Positions 34,286 to 48,944 of a DNA stretch of 64,000 nucleotides are shown here, piece by piece. Source of the stretch: Escherichia coli (GTDB lineage: Bacteria > Pseudomonadota > Gammaproteobacteria > Enterobacterales > Enterobacteriaceae); NCBI RefSeq assembly GCF_016903815.1, contig NZ_CP069973.1; one strand, written 5' to 3'. Below the pieces are notes generated by a model that saw nothing but the letters and a program-made list of their open reading frames with translations, ran no database searches and was not told the DNA's origin. Position 1 is the stretch's first letter, and the number at the start of each line of letters is the position of its first letter. The translations under genes and the position numbers were made by a program.

Positions 34286-34609
34286 GACATTCCTCCAGAT
34301 TGTTTTTATCCCACAGCCCCGTACTTCAGGGTAAGTGCCTGAAAGTTACGGTCTGCGAACGCTATTCCACTGCTCCTTTATAGGTACAACAGTATAGTCT
34401 GATGGATAAGTCTGAAATTTGACGAGATCGATTTTTTTAGTGCGCAAGAGGGCTAAATTATCACTGAAGATGATTAATTTAATTACTAAACCATCAGATC
34501 GTGCTTTTTTTAGTCACTGCCCACCCTTGTTTGATTCCTGCGTAAAATTTGTCTCGCCGTCGCGTTGCGAGTAGACTTCGTGCCCTTGTCAAAAACTGGA
34601 GATTTAACT

Positions 34610-35587
34610 ATGAGCGAAACGGCATCCTGGCAGCCGAGCGCATCCATTCCTAACTTATTAAAACGCGCGGCGATTATGGCGGAGATCCGTCGTTTCTTTG
34701 CCGATCGTGGAGTGCTGGAGGTGGAGACGCCTTGTATGAGCCAGGCGACGGTAACCGATATTCATTTGGTCCCGTTTGAGACACGTTTCGTTGGCCCTGG
34801 GCATTCGCAGGGGATGAATCTCTGGTTAATGACCAGCCCGGAATACCATATGAAGCGCCTGCTGGTTGCCGGTTGTGGGCCGGTATTCCAGCTGTGCCGC
34901 AGCTTCCGTAATGAAGAGATGGGGCGTTATCACAACCCTGAGTTCACTATGCTTGAGTGGTATCGACCGCACTATGATATGTACCGGTTGATGAACGAGG
35001 TGGACGATCTCTTACAACAAGTGCTGGACTGCCCGGCAGCAGAAAGCCTTTCTTATCAACAAGCTTTCTTGCGTTATCTGGAAATTGACCCGCTCTCTGC
35101 CGACAAAACGCAACTGCGGGAAGTGGCAGCGAAACTGGATTTAAGCAACGTTGCTGATACCGAAGAAGACCGCGACACGTTGCTACAATTGCTGTTTACC
35201 TTTGGCGTAGAGCCAAATATTGGCAAAGAAAAACCGACCTTTGTGTACCACTTTCCAGCCAGCCAGGCATCACTGGCGCAAATCAGTACCGAAGATCATC
35301 GGGTCGCTGAACGCTTTGAGGTTTATTATAAAGGTATTGAGCTGGCGAATGGTTTCCATGAATTGACGGATGCCCGTGAGCAGCAACAACGCTTTGAACA
35401 AGATAACCGTAAGCGCGCGGCGCGCGGTTTGCCGCAGCACCCCATTGACCAGAATCTGATTGAAGCCTTGAAAGTCGGTATGCCTGACTGTTCCGGCGTG
35501 GCATTAGGTGTTGATCGTCTGGTGATGTTGGCGCTGGGCGCGGAGACACTGGCTGAAGTCATCGCCTTTAGCGTTGACCGGGCATAA
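34610..35587 (+). CDS. epmA: EF-P lysine-34 lysyltransferase EpmA (PoxA/GenX)
   Basis: 325 aa from [50 protein letters not shown]...; class II aaRS-like catalytic core. Confidence 0.95.
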   Translation: MSETASWQPSASIPNLLKRAAIMAEIRRFFADRGVLEVETPCMSQATVTDIHLVPFETRFVGPGHSQGMNLWLMTSPEYHMKRLLVAGCGPVFQLCRSFRNEEMGRYHNPEFTMLEWYRPHYDMYRLMNEVDDLLQQVLDCPAAESLSYQQAFLRYLEIDPLSADKTQLREVAAKLDLSNVADTEEDRDTLLQLLFTFGVEPNIGKEKPTFVYHFPASQASLAQISTEDHRVAERFEVYYKGIELANGFHELTDAREQQQRFEQDNRKRAARGLPQHPIDQNLIEALKVGMPDCSGVALGVDRLVMLALGAETLAEVIAFSVDRA

Positions 35588-35805
35588 TTCTGAAAAATTA
35601 CTGAATTAACCGCGAAGAATGGCGTGATAAGCGCCATTCTGTAGCATATGTTTTCATTTTTCCGCTAAAGGCCACAATTTAAGACTGGATATTTGATATC
35701 ATCCAGGTATCAATTCTGTATTGGTTTTTACGCTGCCCGCTCAATGTTGGGCAGTGCAGTTCAGTGGGCGCGTTTTATACACGCGCTGAAATGAAGGATG
35801 GTTTC

Positions 35806-37308
35806 ATGCCTCACACGATAAAAAAGATGAGTCTGATAGGACTCATATTGATGATCTTTACTTCCGTATTTGGATTTGCCAATAGCCCATCGGCTTATTA
35901 CTTAATGGGTTATAGTGCGATTCCCTTTTATATATTTTCTGCATTGTTATTCTTTATTCCATTCGCCTTAATGATGGCTGAAATGGGAGCTGCTTATCGC
36001 AAAGAAGAAGGCGGTATCTATTCCTGGATGAATAATAGTGTCGGACCACGTTTTGCCTTCATTGGCACATTTATGTGGTTTTCCTCTTATATCATCTGGA
36101 TGGTGAGTACCTCCGCGAAAGTTTGGGTACCGTTCTCAACATTCCTCTATGGTAGCGACATGACCCAGCACTGGCGTATTGCCGGACTGGAGCCTACGCA
36201 GGTGGTTGGTCTGCTGGCAGTGGCATGGATGATTCTGGTCACCGTCGTTGCTTCAAAGGGGATTAATAAAATTGCCCGCATTACTGCGGTGGGCGGTATT
36301 GCAGTAATGTGTCTGAATTTAGTATTGCTGTTAGTAAGCATTACTATTTTGTTATTAAATGGTGGGCATTTCGCGCAGGATATTAATTTCCTTGCATCAC
36401 CGAACCCAGGTTATCAGTCCGGTCTGGCAATGCTATCGTTTGTGGTATTTGCTATTTTTGCCTATGGCGGAATTGAAGCGGTTGGTGGTCTGGTCGATAA
36501 AACGGAAAATCCAGAAAAGAACTTTGCCAAAGGTATTGTTTTTGCCGCTATTGTTATTTCAATCGGTTATTCGCTGGCAATATTTTTATGGGGCGTCAGC
36601 ACAAACTGGCAGCAGGTATTAAGTAATGGTTCCGTTAACCTCGGCAATATTACCTATGTGCTGATGAAGAGCCTCGGGGTGACGCTGGGTAACGCACTGC
36701 ATTTGTCACCAGAAGCGTCATTGTCGCTGGGCGTATGGTTTGCGCGTATTACCGGACTTTCGATGTTCCTCGCTTATACCGGTGCGTTCTTTACGCTTTG
36801 CTATTCACCGCTGAAAGCCATCATCCAGGGAACGCCGAAAGCATTGTGGCCGGAACCGATGACGCGCCTGAATGCGATGGGGATGCCGTCTATCGCCATG
36901 TGGATGCAGTGCGGGCTGGTTACTGTCTTCATCCTGCTGGTTTCGTTTGGTGGCGGTACCGCATCGGCGTTCTTTAACAAGCTGACGCTGATGGCGAACG
37001 TGTCTATGACGCTTCCTTACTTGTTCCTCGCGCTGGCTTTCCCATTCTTTAAAGCACGTCAGGATCTCGACAGACCGTTTGTGATTTTCAAAACGCGTAT
37101 GTCGGCAATGATTGCGACGGTGGTTGTCGTTCTGGTGGTGACATTTGCGAACGTCTTCACCATTATTCAGCCTGTGGTTGAAGCCGGAGACTGGGACAGC
37201 ACATTGTGGATGATTGGCGGCCCTGTCTTCTTCTCGCTGTTAGCGATGGCGATTTACCAGAACTATTGCAGTCGCATGGCGAATAAACCTGAGTTAGCTC
37301 TCGACTGA
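35806..37308 (+). CDS. yjeM: Inner membrane transporter YjeM (APC superfamily)
   Basis: 500 aa from MPHTIKKMSLIGLILMIFTSVFGFANSPSAYYLMGYSAIPFYIF... Confidence 0.88.
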   Translation: MPHTIKKMSLIGLILMIFTSVFGFANSPSAYYLMGYSAIPFYIFSALLFFIPFALMMAEMGAAYRKEEGGIYSWMNNSVGPRFAFIGTFMWFSSYIIWMVSTSAKVWVPFSTFLYGSDMTQHWRIAGLEPTQVVGLLAVAWMILVTVVASKGINKIARITAVGGIAVMCLNLVLLLVSITILLLNGGHFAQDINFLASPNPGYQSGLAMLSFVVFAIFAYGGIEAVGGLVDKTENPEKNFAKGIVFAAIVISIGYSLAIFLWGVSTNWQQVLSNGSVNLGNITYVLMKSLGVTLGNALHLSPEASLSLGVWFARITGLSMFLAYTGAFFTLCYSPLKAIIQGTPKALWPEPMTRLNAMGMPSIAMWMQCGLVTVFILLVSFGGGTASAFFNKLTLMANVSMTLPYLFLALAFPFFKARQDLDRPFVIFKTRMSAMIATVVVVLVVTFANVFTIIQPVVEAGDWDSTLWMIGGPVFFSLLAMAIYQNYCSRMANKPELALD

Positions 37309-37322
37309 TCCTATGAAATCCT

Positions 37323-37353
37323 GCAACTCATCGTCTCTCCGACGATGAGTTGT
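37323..37353. terminator. Convergent-gene hairpin between yjeM and mscM (likely bidirectional terminator)
   Basis: Perfect 12-bp stem CAACTCATCGTC-tctcc-GACGATGAGTTG. Confidence 0.6.
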
Positions 37354-37458
37354 CAGGAAGTAATGCGTATGGATGATACTCTCCAGGGCCGGTGATAACT
37401 GAAGATGATGTTAAGCTGCTAAATGAGCCACGTTGACATCATTTGGCAGCTTCATGCA

Positions 37459-40400
37459 TTACAAACTTCCCGCCTGACGACCTTTGCCCGCAGACGTCAG
37501 CGTTCTCCCCGTTTGTTTACCGTTGAGGCTTTCCAGACGCATCTGGAAGGGCGGGAATGGCATATCGATACCGTGGGCGTGGAAGCCTGCCAGAATTAGC
37601 TGGTGGATCTCATGGCGTAGCGGCATACGGTGACCCATCTCAGCGGCGTAAATACGCAGCTCGAAAATCTGAATCCCCTGTTGCAGATCCACCAGGAAGA
37701 CTTCCGGTGCCGGGTTGTCGATCACCAGCGAGCAGCGACGCGCTGCGGTGAGCAGGATTTCCGTCACTTCTTCACTGTTGGCATCGGCAGGGGCCGGAAT
37801 CGTCAACACCACGCGCGTGACCGAGTCAGAGAGCGACCAGTTGATAAACTGCTCGGTAATAAATGCCTTGTTCGGCACGATTATCTCTTTACGGTCCCAG
37901 TCGCTGATGGTGGTGGCACGGGTGTTAATTTTCGTCACGCTACCAGTAAGATCGCGGATCGTTACCGTATCGCCAATGCGAATCGGTTTTTCGAACAGGA
38001 TGATCAGGCCAGAGATAAAGTTGGCGAAAATTTCCTGCAAACCAAAACCGAGACCAACACCGAGCGCGGCAACCAACCACTGCAATTTCGACCACTCAAT
38101 ACCAATCATTGAGAAGCCGACCAGCCCGCCAATCAGCATCAGCAGATATTTGGTGATGGTGGTGATGGCGTAGCCCGTACCCGGCGTTAAATCCAGGTGC
38201 TGCAAAATCGCCAGTTCCAGCAGCGCGGGCAGGTTGCGCACCAGCTGCGTGGTGATGATAAATACCAGAATGGCAATCAGCACCGCACCGAGGGTAATCG
38301 GCTCCAGACTTTCCACGCCCTGTACCGTGGAAGTGACATCCCACAGCGAAATATTTTCAAGGAAGCCGAAAGCGGAATGGATTTCTGACCACAGCACAAT
38401 GACCGAAAGCAGGGCGATCAACATCAAAATTGAGCGCACCAGCCGCAAGGATTGCGCACTGATGGCATCGAGATCGACTTCGCTTTCATCGACTTCAATT
38501 GCCCCTTCGGGGCTACTGTGATGATGCGCTTCCTCTTCGCCACGCGCACGTTGCGCTAACATCTCTGCCCGGCGATGCTTCGCCCGGTCAAACGCCAGTC
38601 TGCGTCGCTGGATCAGCATCCAGCGGCGGATAACGTGATAAACCACCAGTAGCAGGAACCAGATGGCAACCGAGGTTTCAAGCCTCGCTAACAGCGCCTG
38701 CGCCGTTGCCAGATAACCCACCGCCGACGCCAGAATGGCAACCAGCGGTGCGCCAATCATCATGTTCCACAGCATATGGTTGGTAATGTTGTCGCCGCTG
38801 CCTTCTTTGTTGAGATACAGCGGGATCCCGGCCTTTTTCAGACTGAGGGTGACTACTGCCAGTGCACCGCAAATGAGGATAAAGCAAAGCCGTCCCAGCG
38901 AACCGGAGAATTCACGGTCGTCGAGATTATCGAACATCATCAGCGCCATAATCAGCGGCACGATAAGCCCAATGCTCATCAGGTAGTAGCGCATCCCACG
39001 GGAAACCCGTTCGCGCGGCCAGCCAAAATGAGCGATAAACAAGCCGTTCGGGCGGGCAAAGGTAGCGCAAATCATCACTACCCATAGCAGCGGTACGGTG
39101 GCTGTTACGCCATCACCAATCGCTACCGCCAGCGGATAAGGCCACGCCTCGCGCAAGCCGTAACCCAGCGTCATCCACAGCACCGGGAGCGGTGACGCGA
39201 CGAGAATCGACCAGAAAAGAGTGCGCAACGTCAGCCAAAAGTGATCCTGAGTCACTTTGCCGACTTTCGCCGCCGAACGTTCAAGAAAACGGGTGAAATA
39301 GCGGCGCGAGTAAATACTGCAACCGACCAGAATCAACGCGCCAAACAGCGGCAAAATTGTCTCTTTGCTGGTCAGCATCATCACACTGGCTTTGCCCAAC
39401 TGACTGAAGGTGTCCAGCGAAATGAGACGACGCAGATCCTGGGCGATCTCCAGCGGCCAGGCGATGGTCATCGGGCGCACGTCAGAGGTCCAGAACAGAT
39501 AGCGGTGCGTCGCTTCGTTCACCTCTTTCAGCGCATCCTCCAGTTGCCCGTTGGAGACTTTCAGCTTGGTCAGTTCCAGCAGTAGCGTGTCGCCACCCTG
39601 CAACAATGAGTTCAGCAACTCACGCTGAGTGCGTAGCTGTGCTTCCAGAATACGGTTTTGCTCGGCGGTCAGCGGCTGACCGTCGGCCTGATGGATTTGC
39701 CTTAGCAGCGGCTGTTTATTTAGCAGATCCTCATAACGTAACCGTTGCACACGCAACTGCGCCATTTCGGTATCAAGCTGTTGTGGTTTTGGCATTTCCG
39801 GTAGCCGTGCCACCTGCGCCCGCAACGCTTCACCGAGCAGGTTGGACGATCCCAGCCATTGCGACTGTTCACGCAGCGTATTCAACGCCTGCCGGACCTG
39901 TAACGTCTGGCTGGCAGCCTGACGCTGTTGCGAGGCAACGAGATCCATCCGCTGCGCCTGTTGATTCAGCGCCGCCGATAGTTCGCGGTTAATTTTGAAT
40001 TGCGCGACGATATCTTTCGGCAAATCGGCGCTGTTTTCTGCCAGCAATTCGGTACTTTCCAGCGCCCGCTCCGCCTCAAGCTGACGTTGGCTGTTCAACT
40101 GATTACGTAAGGCCTGCAAATACGCATCCAGTTGCTGGCTCTCTTTTTCCGCCAGCTCTGAGCGTAAGCGCGCTAATTCCTGGCGGTTATTGGCGGACAG
40201 CTGCGCCAGTTCCAGTTCATCGACGAGCGCTTTCAGGCGTGCGGAGTCAGACTGCAACGCGAAATTTTGTGCCTGATTGAGCGGGGAATTGCCGGTAAGC
40301 GTCCCCAGGCGGCGCTCGATTTCATTTAACTGACGGCGGGCATCGGTTTGCTGTTGCGGCAGTTGATTCAGCGAATCGGCAATCTCGCGGGCGCGTTCCT

Positions 40401-40782
40401 GCTCTTGCTGGGCCTGACGGCTTTTATCCAGCAACTGGCTGCTGACCTGGAGAATTTCCTGATTCAGCGCGTCGGTAGACATTCCCGGTGACACGCTGCG
40501 CGGCTCGTCACGCATGTTGTTTAATTGCGCGCGCAGAGTAGCGGAGAGTTTCGGATAATTATCAATGACTTCTTGATATTGCTTGATGCGCTCAAGGGAA
40601 CCTTTCCGTTCCTCAAGCGCATTTAAGGCAGACTGGAGCGCCTCTACGACTTCCGGTTGCGCGGGTTTCGCCGCTTTTGCCTGCTCCAGTTCTTGTGAGA
40701 TTTGTTTGCTATCGGGGGCCGTCGCGGCGTACGCCCCCCAACTGAGGCACCAGGCCATCAGAAAAGTGATAATCAGGCGCAC
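37459..40782 (-). CDS. mscM: Miniconductance mechanosensitive channel MscM (YjeP)
   Basis: 1107 aa; N-terminal signal, long coiled-coil periplasmic region, C-terminal MscS-like channel domain. Confidence 0.93.
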   Translation of the reverse strand: MRLIITFLMAWCLSWGAYAATAPDSKQISQELEQAKAAKPAQPEVVEALQSALNALEERKGSLERIKQYQEVIDNYPKLSATLRAQLNNMRDEPRSVSPGMSTDALNQEILQVSSQLLDKSRQAQQEQERAREIADSLNQLPQQQTDARRQLNEIERRLGTLTGNSPLNQAQNFALQSDSARLKALVDELELAQLSANNRQELARLRSELAEKESQQLDAYLQALRNQLNSQRQLEAERALESTELLAENSADLPKDIVAQFKINRELSAALNQQAQRMDLVASQQRQAASQTLQVRQALNTLREQSQWLGSSNLLGEALRAQVARLPEMPKPQQLDTEMAQLRVQRLRYEDLLNKQPLLRQIHQADGQPLTAEQNRILEAQLRTQRELLNSLLQGGDTLLLELTKLKVSNGQLEDALKEVNEATHRYLFWTSDVRPMTIAWPLEIAQDLRRLISLDTFSQLGKASVMMLTSKETILPLFGALILVGCSIYSRRYFTRFLERSAAKVGKVTQDHFWLTLRTLFWSILVASPLPVLWMTLGYGLREAWPYPLAVAIGDGVTATVPLLWVVMICATFARPNGLFIAHFGWPRERVSRGMRYYLMSIGLIVPLIMALMMFDNLDDREFSGSLGRLCFILICGALAVVTLSLKKAGIPLYLNKEGSGDNITNHMLWNMMIGAPLVAILASAVGYLATAQALLARLETSVAIWFLLLVVYHVIRRWMLIQRRRLAFDRAKHRRAEMLAQRARGEEEAHHHSSPEGAIEVDESEVDLDAISAQSLRLVRSILMLIALLSVIVLWSEIHSAFGFLENISLWDVTSTVQGVESLEPITLGAVLIAILVFIITTQLVRNLPALLELAILQHLDLTPGTGYAITTITKYLLMLIGGLVGFSMIGIEWSKLQWLVAALGVGLGFGLQEIFANFISGLIILFEKPIRIGDTVTIRDLTGSVTKINTRATTISDWDRKEIIVPNKAFITEQFINWSLSDSVTRVVLTIPAPADANSEEVTEILLTAARRCSLVIDNPAPEVFLVDLQQGIQIFELRIYAAEMGHRMPLRHEIHQLILAGFHAHGIDMPFPPFQMRLESLNGKQTGRTLTSAGKGRQAGSL

Positions 40783-40803
40783 GTCAGCGTTTCCTTTGAT
40801 GGA

Positions 40804-41772
40804 TTAGACCTGGTCTTTTTTGTCGTCAACCAATGGGCTGGCGTCGTGTTCTGCTTCGATCTCTTCAGCAGGAAGCGGGGCGGGTTCAGCGTCTGGCGTA
40901 ACAAAGGTTTCGGTAGATACTGCCAGCGGCTGACCAATTTTCGTAACAGACAGGCTTTCCAGTTGCTCAACCAGATTCACTTTACCTGGTGCAAACAGGT
41001 TGATAACGGTAGAGCCAAGTTTAAAGCGGCCCATTTCTTGGCCTTTCAGCAGTGCCACAGAACCGTCGTTTTCCCCGGCAGGCCAGGTCCAGCGCTTGAT
41101 GATGCCTTCGCGCGGCGGCGTAATGGTGCCCGCCCAGACCGTCTCAATGCTGCCAACAATCGTCGCCCCGACCAGAATCTGCGCCATTGGGCCAAATTCG
41201 GTATCGAACAGGCAGATCACGCGTTCGTTACGGGCAAACAGATTCGGCACGTTCTGAGCGGTGAGATGGTTAACGGAGAAGAGATCGCCTGGCACGTAGA
41301 TCATCTCACGCAGAATACCGTTGCACGGCATGTGTACGCGGTGGTAGTCACGCGGGGAGAGGTAAGTGGTCACAAACGTACCGTTGCGGAACAGGTCCGC
41401 CATCAGATAGTTGCCTGCCAGCAGGGCTTCGAGGCTGTAGTTGTGGCCTTTGGCTTGCAGGATTTTATCTTCTTCGATTTTACCCAACTGGCTGATAACG
41501 CCATCGGCAGGCATAACCAGGACATTCGGATCGGTATCGATTGGGCGTACTTCGTCACGCAGCGGACGGACAAAGAATTCGTTAAAGGTGCGGTAGCTGG
41601 CGGTATCCGGCTTTTGCGCCTCTTTCATGTCGACCTTGTAGTATTTAACGAACAGATCGATAACCAGTTTTGTCAGCCATCCTGCCCGCTTGCTTGCGCC
41701 CCAACCCGCCAGGCGAGTAAGCCATAGTTTCGGCAGAATGTACTGTAGCGAAAGTTTAAATGAATTTAACAA
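40804..41772 (-). CDS. psd: Phosphatidylserine decarboxylase proenzyme
   Basis: 322 aa [56 protein letters not shown]...; LGST self-cleavage motif ([11 protein letters not shown]). Confidence 0.96.
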
Positions 41773-41868
41773 GGTAGCCTCCAGGCCATTGTTTTGTCGT
41801 TCCTGATCCGGCCTACATGCCGGATCCTGAAAAAAAGGGGACGATTCTAACGACGGTTAGCTTAATTG

Positions 41869-42921
41869 TCAGTCATCCGTATCAGAAAAGTTTTTACGCG
41901 TTTTTACCTGCGCCATGCTTTCCAGAATACGGTGATAGTTTTCGAAACGGGTTTCCGCGATTTTTCCTTCCTCAACCGCTTCCCGGATAGCGCAGCCCGG
42001 ATCGGTATCGTGTTTGCAATCGCGATATTTACACAGACCTAAGTAGTCATGGAATTCGACAAAGCCCTGAGTGATTTGTTCCGGCTCCAGGTGCCAGAGG
42101 CCGAACTCACGCACTCCTGGGGAGTCAATCACATCACCGCCGTGCGGGAAGTGATACAGCCGAGCGGCGGTCGTGGTGTGCTGACCGAGCCCCGAGTTGT
42201 CAGAGACATCGTTGGTCAGGATCTCTTTTTGCAGCCCCAGCAACGCGTTCAGCAGGCTGGATTTACCAACGCCAGACTGGCCGGCAAAAATGCTGATGCG
42301 CCCGGTCAACGCCTCTTCCAGCGGTTTCAGCCCATCCTGAGTATGGCTGGAAACCATCAATACGCGATAACCGATATTGCGGTAGATATCCATCTGCTCG
42401 TTGACGAACTCCATACCTTCGTCGTCCAGCAGGTCTATCTTGTTGAGCACAATAATCGGCTCAATCTGTAAGGTTTCGCAGGCCACCAGGTAACGGTCGA
42501 TAATATTGAGCGACAGCTCCGGCAAAATGGCGGAGACAATGACAATCTGATCGATGTTGGCGGCAATAGGTTTCACGCCGTCGTAGAAATCCGGACGCGT
42601 CAACACCGAGGTGCGCTCATGCACCGCTTCCACGATCCCTTTGACATTTACGCCTTCCGCCGCCGGTTTACCCGGACGCCAGACTACGCGGTCGCCGGTC
42701 ACCAGCGAACGGATGGTACGGCGAATATTGCAGCGGTGAACGTCGCCATCTGCGGATTCCACATCAGCGTGCATACCAAAGCGGCTGATGACGATACCTT
42801 CATCAGGCTCGCCAAACAGATTGTCGTCGTAGTCGGGCTTCTCCTTAGACGTTTTAAGACGACGCTGGTGATTGGCGTTCACGCGGCGCTGCTGGCCTTT
42901 GGAGAGTTTATTTTTACTCAA
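41869..42921 (-). CDS. rsgA: Ribosome small-subunit biogenesis GTPase RsgA (YjeQ)
   Basis: ORF 41869..42954; probable TTG start at 42921 giving ~350 aa ([22 protein letters not shown]...); GTPase motifs ([14 protein letters not shown]) and C-terminal zinc-finger Cys residues. Confidence 0.9.
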
Positions 42922-43015
42922 TCGTACAGACTCCTGGTCGCCCCTGATGGGCAAAACATCTATGATACACGCAATTGTGGATCAATATAGTCACTGTGAA
43001 TGGGTGGAAAATAGC

Positions 43016-43561
43016 ATGAGTGCCAATGAAAACAACCTGATTTGGATCGATCTTGAGATGACCGGTCTGGATCCCGAGCGCGATCGCATTATTGAGATTG
43101 CCACGCTGGTGACCGATGCCAACCTGAATATTCTGGCAGAAGGGCCGACCATTGCAGTACACCAGTCTGATGAACAGCTGGCGCTGATGGATGACTGGAA
43201 CGTGCGCACCCATACCGCCAGCGGGCTGGTAGAGCGCGTGAAAGCGAGCACGATGGGCGATCGTGAAGCTGAACTGGCAACACTCGAATTTTTAAAACAG
43301 TGGGTGCCTGCGGGAAAATCGCCGATTTGCGGTAACAGCATCGGCCAGGATCGTCGCTTCCTGTTTAAATACATGCCGGAGCTGGAAGCCTACTTCCACT
43401 ACCGTTATCTTGATGTCAGCACCCTGAAAGAGCTGGCGCGCCGCTGGAAGCCGGAAATTCTTGATGGTTTTACCAAGCAGGGGACGCATCAGGCGATGGA
43501 TGATATTCGTGAATCGGTGGCGGAGCTGGCTTACTACCGCGAGCATTTTATCAAGCTGTAA
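43016..43561 (+). CDS. orn: Oligoribonuclease
   Basis: 181 aa from [45 protein letters not shown]...; DEDDh exonuclease motifs. Confidence 0.96.
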
Positions 43562-43771
43562 ATTATTTCCTGGTCACGTAAGCGTCGGAATCCACTTGCG
43601 GTGGCGTGATTTTGACGCTAAATTGAACGCCTTGCTGATAATTTCAGCACTTGAGATAAAAACTCAAAAAAAATTTTTTAGGGGGGTTGCAGAGGGAAAG
43701 ATTTCTCGTATAATGCGCCTCCCGTAACGACGCAGAAATGCGAAAATTACGAAAGCAAAATTAAGTAGTAC

Positions 43772-43847
<76 letters not shown>

Positions 43848-44004
43848 AAATTTGAAAAGTGCTGCAAAGCACAGACCACCCAATCGCAGTATTTCGAATT
43901 GCGACAAGGCGGCAACTGAACGAATCCTTGGGAGCTTACAAAAGTAAGTGACTAAGGTGAGTGAAGGCAGCCAAGGCAGTAGCGGTTCGAAAGACGAAGA
44001 TTAA

Positions 44005-44080
<76 letters not shown>

Positions 44081-44115
44081 AAATTTGAAAGTGCTGTAAA
44101 GCACAGACCACCCAA

Positions 44116-44191
<76 letters not shown>

Positions 44192-44460
44192 AATTCTTCT
44201 CTCAATAAAATATCCACAGCGACGCGATGCGTTATTGCTGGTTTTTGTTGTCTCTGACAAACTCTTGTAAACAGAGTTATCCACAGTCTCAGGCTGTAAT
44301 CTTAATTTCAAAGAAACTTCGCACGGTGAATAGTATTTTTTTAACCTATTGATAGATAAGTTAAAAATTAAGATTTCGTTTTGTCGTATCGATCACTTGA
44401 CGATTTTTTCCGGCTTGAATTGCAATGCGTTTTTATTTTTATTCACAAGCTGTGGATGAA

Positions 44461-45598
44461 TCAGGCGTCACGCGGTAACCCTTTTTCAATCACCCGAACC
44501 AGACGCTGTTTTTTCGGTAATTGCACTTCGACCACGCACGCATTTCGCCTCTCGATTTGCTGCGCAATCGCCCACGCTATGTGCTCATCGAGAAGTGGGT
44601 GCTCACCTTTACGACTTTCCAGCGCTGTCAAAATCGTTTCATCCCAGGGGGCATTGCCTAATGCTACGGCGATATTACGCAGCCAACGCAGGTGACCTAT
44701 ACGGCGAATCGCCGAACCTTCCGTGACTTTTAAAAACTTCTCTTCACTCCAGGCGAATAACTCAATGAGTTCCGGTGCGTGTAGCGGCTTACGCGGGCTG
44801 AAATCGTCTTCTGTAGTGAGTTGCGAATAGCGATTCCACGGGCAGATAAGCTGGCAGTCATCGCAACCGTAAATACGGTTTCCCATTAACGGTCGCAACT
44901 CTTCCGGGATCGCCCCCTCCAGTTCGATGGTGAGATAAGAGATACAGCGGCGAGCATCGACGGTATATGGCTCGACGATGGCTCCGGTCGGGCAAATCGT
45001 CATACAGGCCACGCATTTACCGCATCCTTCCTCGACTGGTTGATCCACGGGCAGAGGAATATCGACCAGCAATTCGCCTAAAAAGAAGAATGAACCGGCC
45101 TCGCGATTGAGGATAAGTGAGTGCTTACCTGTCCAGCCAAGTCCTGCTTTTTCAGCTAACGGGCGCTCGAGAATAGGCGCAGAATCGACAAACGGTCTAA
45201 AATTCAGCGAAACACAATGTTGCTGAATCATCTCGCCCAGCTTTTTGAGTCGGTTGCGCAGAAGCTTGTGATAGTCACGGCCCAGCGCATAACGGCTAAC
45301 ATAGCCGAGTTTGGGATTTTTCAGCGTGCTGGCAAATGCGGCGTTAGCAGGAAGGTAATTCATCCGCACGCTGATCACGCGCAGCGTACCGGGCAATAAT
45401 TCGTGAGGACGAGCACGCAGCATACCGTGACGCGCCATCCAGTCCATTTCGCCGTGGTATTGTTTGTCCAGCCATGCTTGCAGTTTGGGCTCGGACGCGC
45501 TGAGATCGGTATCGGTAATACCTACCTGCTGAAAGCCCAGTTCCAGCCCCCACTGTTTAATTTTTTGCGCTAACTGATTGAGATCGAGGGGCTCTGAC

Positions 45599-45600
<2 letters not shown>
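44461..45600 (-). CDS. queG: Epoxyqueuosine reductase QueG (YjeS)
   Basis: 379 aa from MSEPLDLNQLAQKIKQWGLELGFQQVGITD...; 4Fe-4S ferredoxin-type Cys clusters (CGKCVACMTICP, CDDCQLICPWN). Confidence 0.93.
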
Positions 45601-47579
<1,979 letters not shown>

Positions 47580-47597
47580 CCTTTGAAAGGTGGCGGG

Positions 47598-48935
47598 ATG
47601 ATGTATCGCATCAGAAATTGGTTGGTAGCGACGTTGCTGCTGCTGTGCGCGCCGGTGGGTGCCGCGACGCTCTCTGATATTCAGGTTTCTAACGGCAACC
47701 AACAGGCGCGGATAACGTTGAGTTTTATTGGCGATCCTGATTATGCGTTTAGCCATCAAAGCAAACGCACCGTGGCGCTCGATATCAAACAAACGGGCGT
47801 GATTCAGGGACTGCCGTTGTTGTTCAGCGGCAATAATCTGGTGAAGGCGATTCGCTCTGGAACGCCTAAAGATGCACAAACGCTACGGCTGGTGGTCGAT
47901 CTTACCGAAAATGGTAAAACCGAAGCGGTGAAGCGGCAGAATGGCAGCAATTACACTGTCGTCTTTACGATTAACGCCGATGCGCCGCCACCGCCTCCTC
48001 CGCCGCCTGTGGTTGCGAAACGCGTTGAAACGCCTGCGGTTGTCGCACCGCGCGTCAGCGAACCGGCGCGCAATCCGTTTAAAACGGAAAGTAACCGCAC
48101 TACGGGTGTTATCAGCAGTAATACGGTAACGCGTCCGGCAGCGCGTGCGACGGCTAACACAGGCGATAAAATTATCATCGCTATTGATGCCGGACACGGC
48201 GGTCAGGATCCTGGCGCTATCGGCCCCGGTGGTACGCGGGAGAAAAATGTCACCATCGCCATCGCGCGTAAATTGCGTACTTTGCTCAATGACGATCCGA
48301 TGTTTAAAGGCGTTTTAACTCGTGATGGGGATTACTTTATTTCGGTGATGGGGCGCAGCGATGTGGCACGTAAGCAAAACGCCAATTTCCTCGTGTCGAT
48401 TCACGCTGATGCCGCACCAAACCGCAGTGCGACTGGCGCTTCCGTATGGGTGCTCTCTAACCGTCGTGCAAACAGCGAGATGGCAAGCTGGCTGGAACAG
48501 CATGAGAAACAGTCGGAGCTATTGGGCGGAGCGGGCGATGTGCTGGCGAACAGTCAGTCTGACCCCTATTTAAGCCAGGCGGTGCTGGATTTACAGTTCG
48601 GTCATTCCCAGCGGGTAGGGTATGATGTAGCGACCAGTATGATCAGTCAGTTGCAACGCATTGGCGAAATACATAAACGTCGGCCAGAACATGCCAGCCT
48701 TGGTGTTCTGCGTTCGCCGGATATCCCGTCAGTACTGGTCGAAACCGGTTTTATCAGCAACAACAGCGAAGAACGTTTGCTGGCGAGCGACGATTACCAA
48801 CAACAGCTGGCAGAAGCCATTTACAAAGGCCTGCGCAATTATTTCCTTGCGCATCCGATGCAATCTGCGCCGCAGGGTGCAGCGGCACAAACGGCCAGTA
48901 CGGTGACGACGCCAGATCGCACGCTGCCAAACTAA
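47598..48935 (+). CDS. amiB: N-acetylmuramoyl-L-alanine amidase AmiB
   Basis: 445 aa from [27 protein letters not shown]...; Amidase_3 domain ([20 protein letters not shown]). Confidence 0.95.
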   Translation: MMYRIRNWLVATLLLLCAPVGAATLSDIQVSNGNQQARITLSFIGDPDYAFSHQSKRTVALDIKQTGVIQGLPLLFSGNNLVKAIRSGTPKDAQTLRLVVDLTENGKTEAVKRQNGSNYTVVFTINADAPPPPPPPPVVAKRVETPAVVAPRVSEPARNPFKTESNRTTGVISSNTVTRPAARATANTGDKIIIAIDAGHGGQDPGAIGPGGTREKNVTIAIARKLRTLLNDDPMFKGVLTRDGDYFISVMGRSDVARKQNANFLVSIHADAAPNRSATGASVWVLSNRRANSEMASWLEQHEKQSELLGGAGDVLANSQSDPYLSQAVLDLQFGHSQRVGYDVATSMISQLQRIGEIHKRRPEHASLGVLRSPDIPSVLVETGFISNNSEERLLASDDYQQQLAEAIYKGLRNYFLAHPMQSAPQGAAAQTASTVTTPDRTLPN

Positions 48936-48944
48936 GGATTATTG

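Noticed and set aside
47977-48010. Poly-proline tract (PPPPPPP) in the amiB region
   Set aside because: Part of the known Pro-rich linker of AmiB in its coding frame, not a mobile or regulatory repeat.
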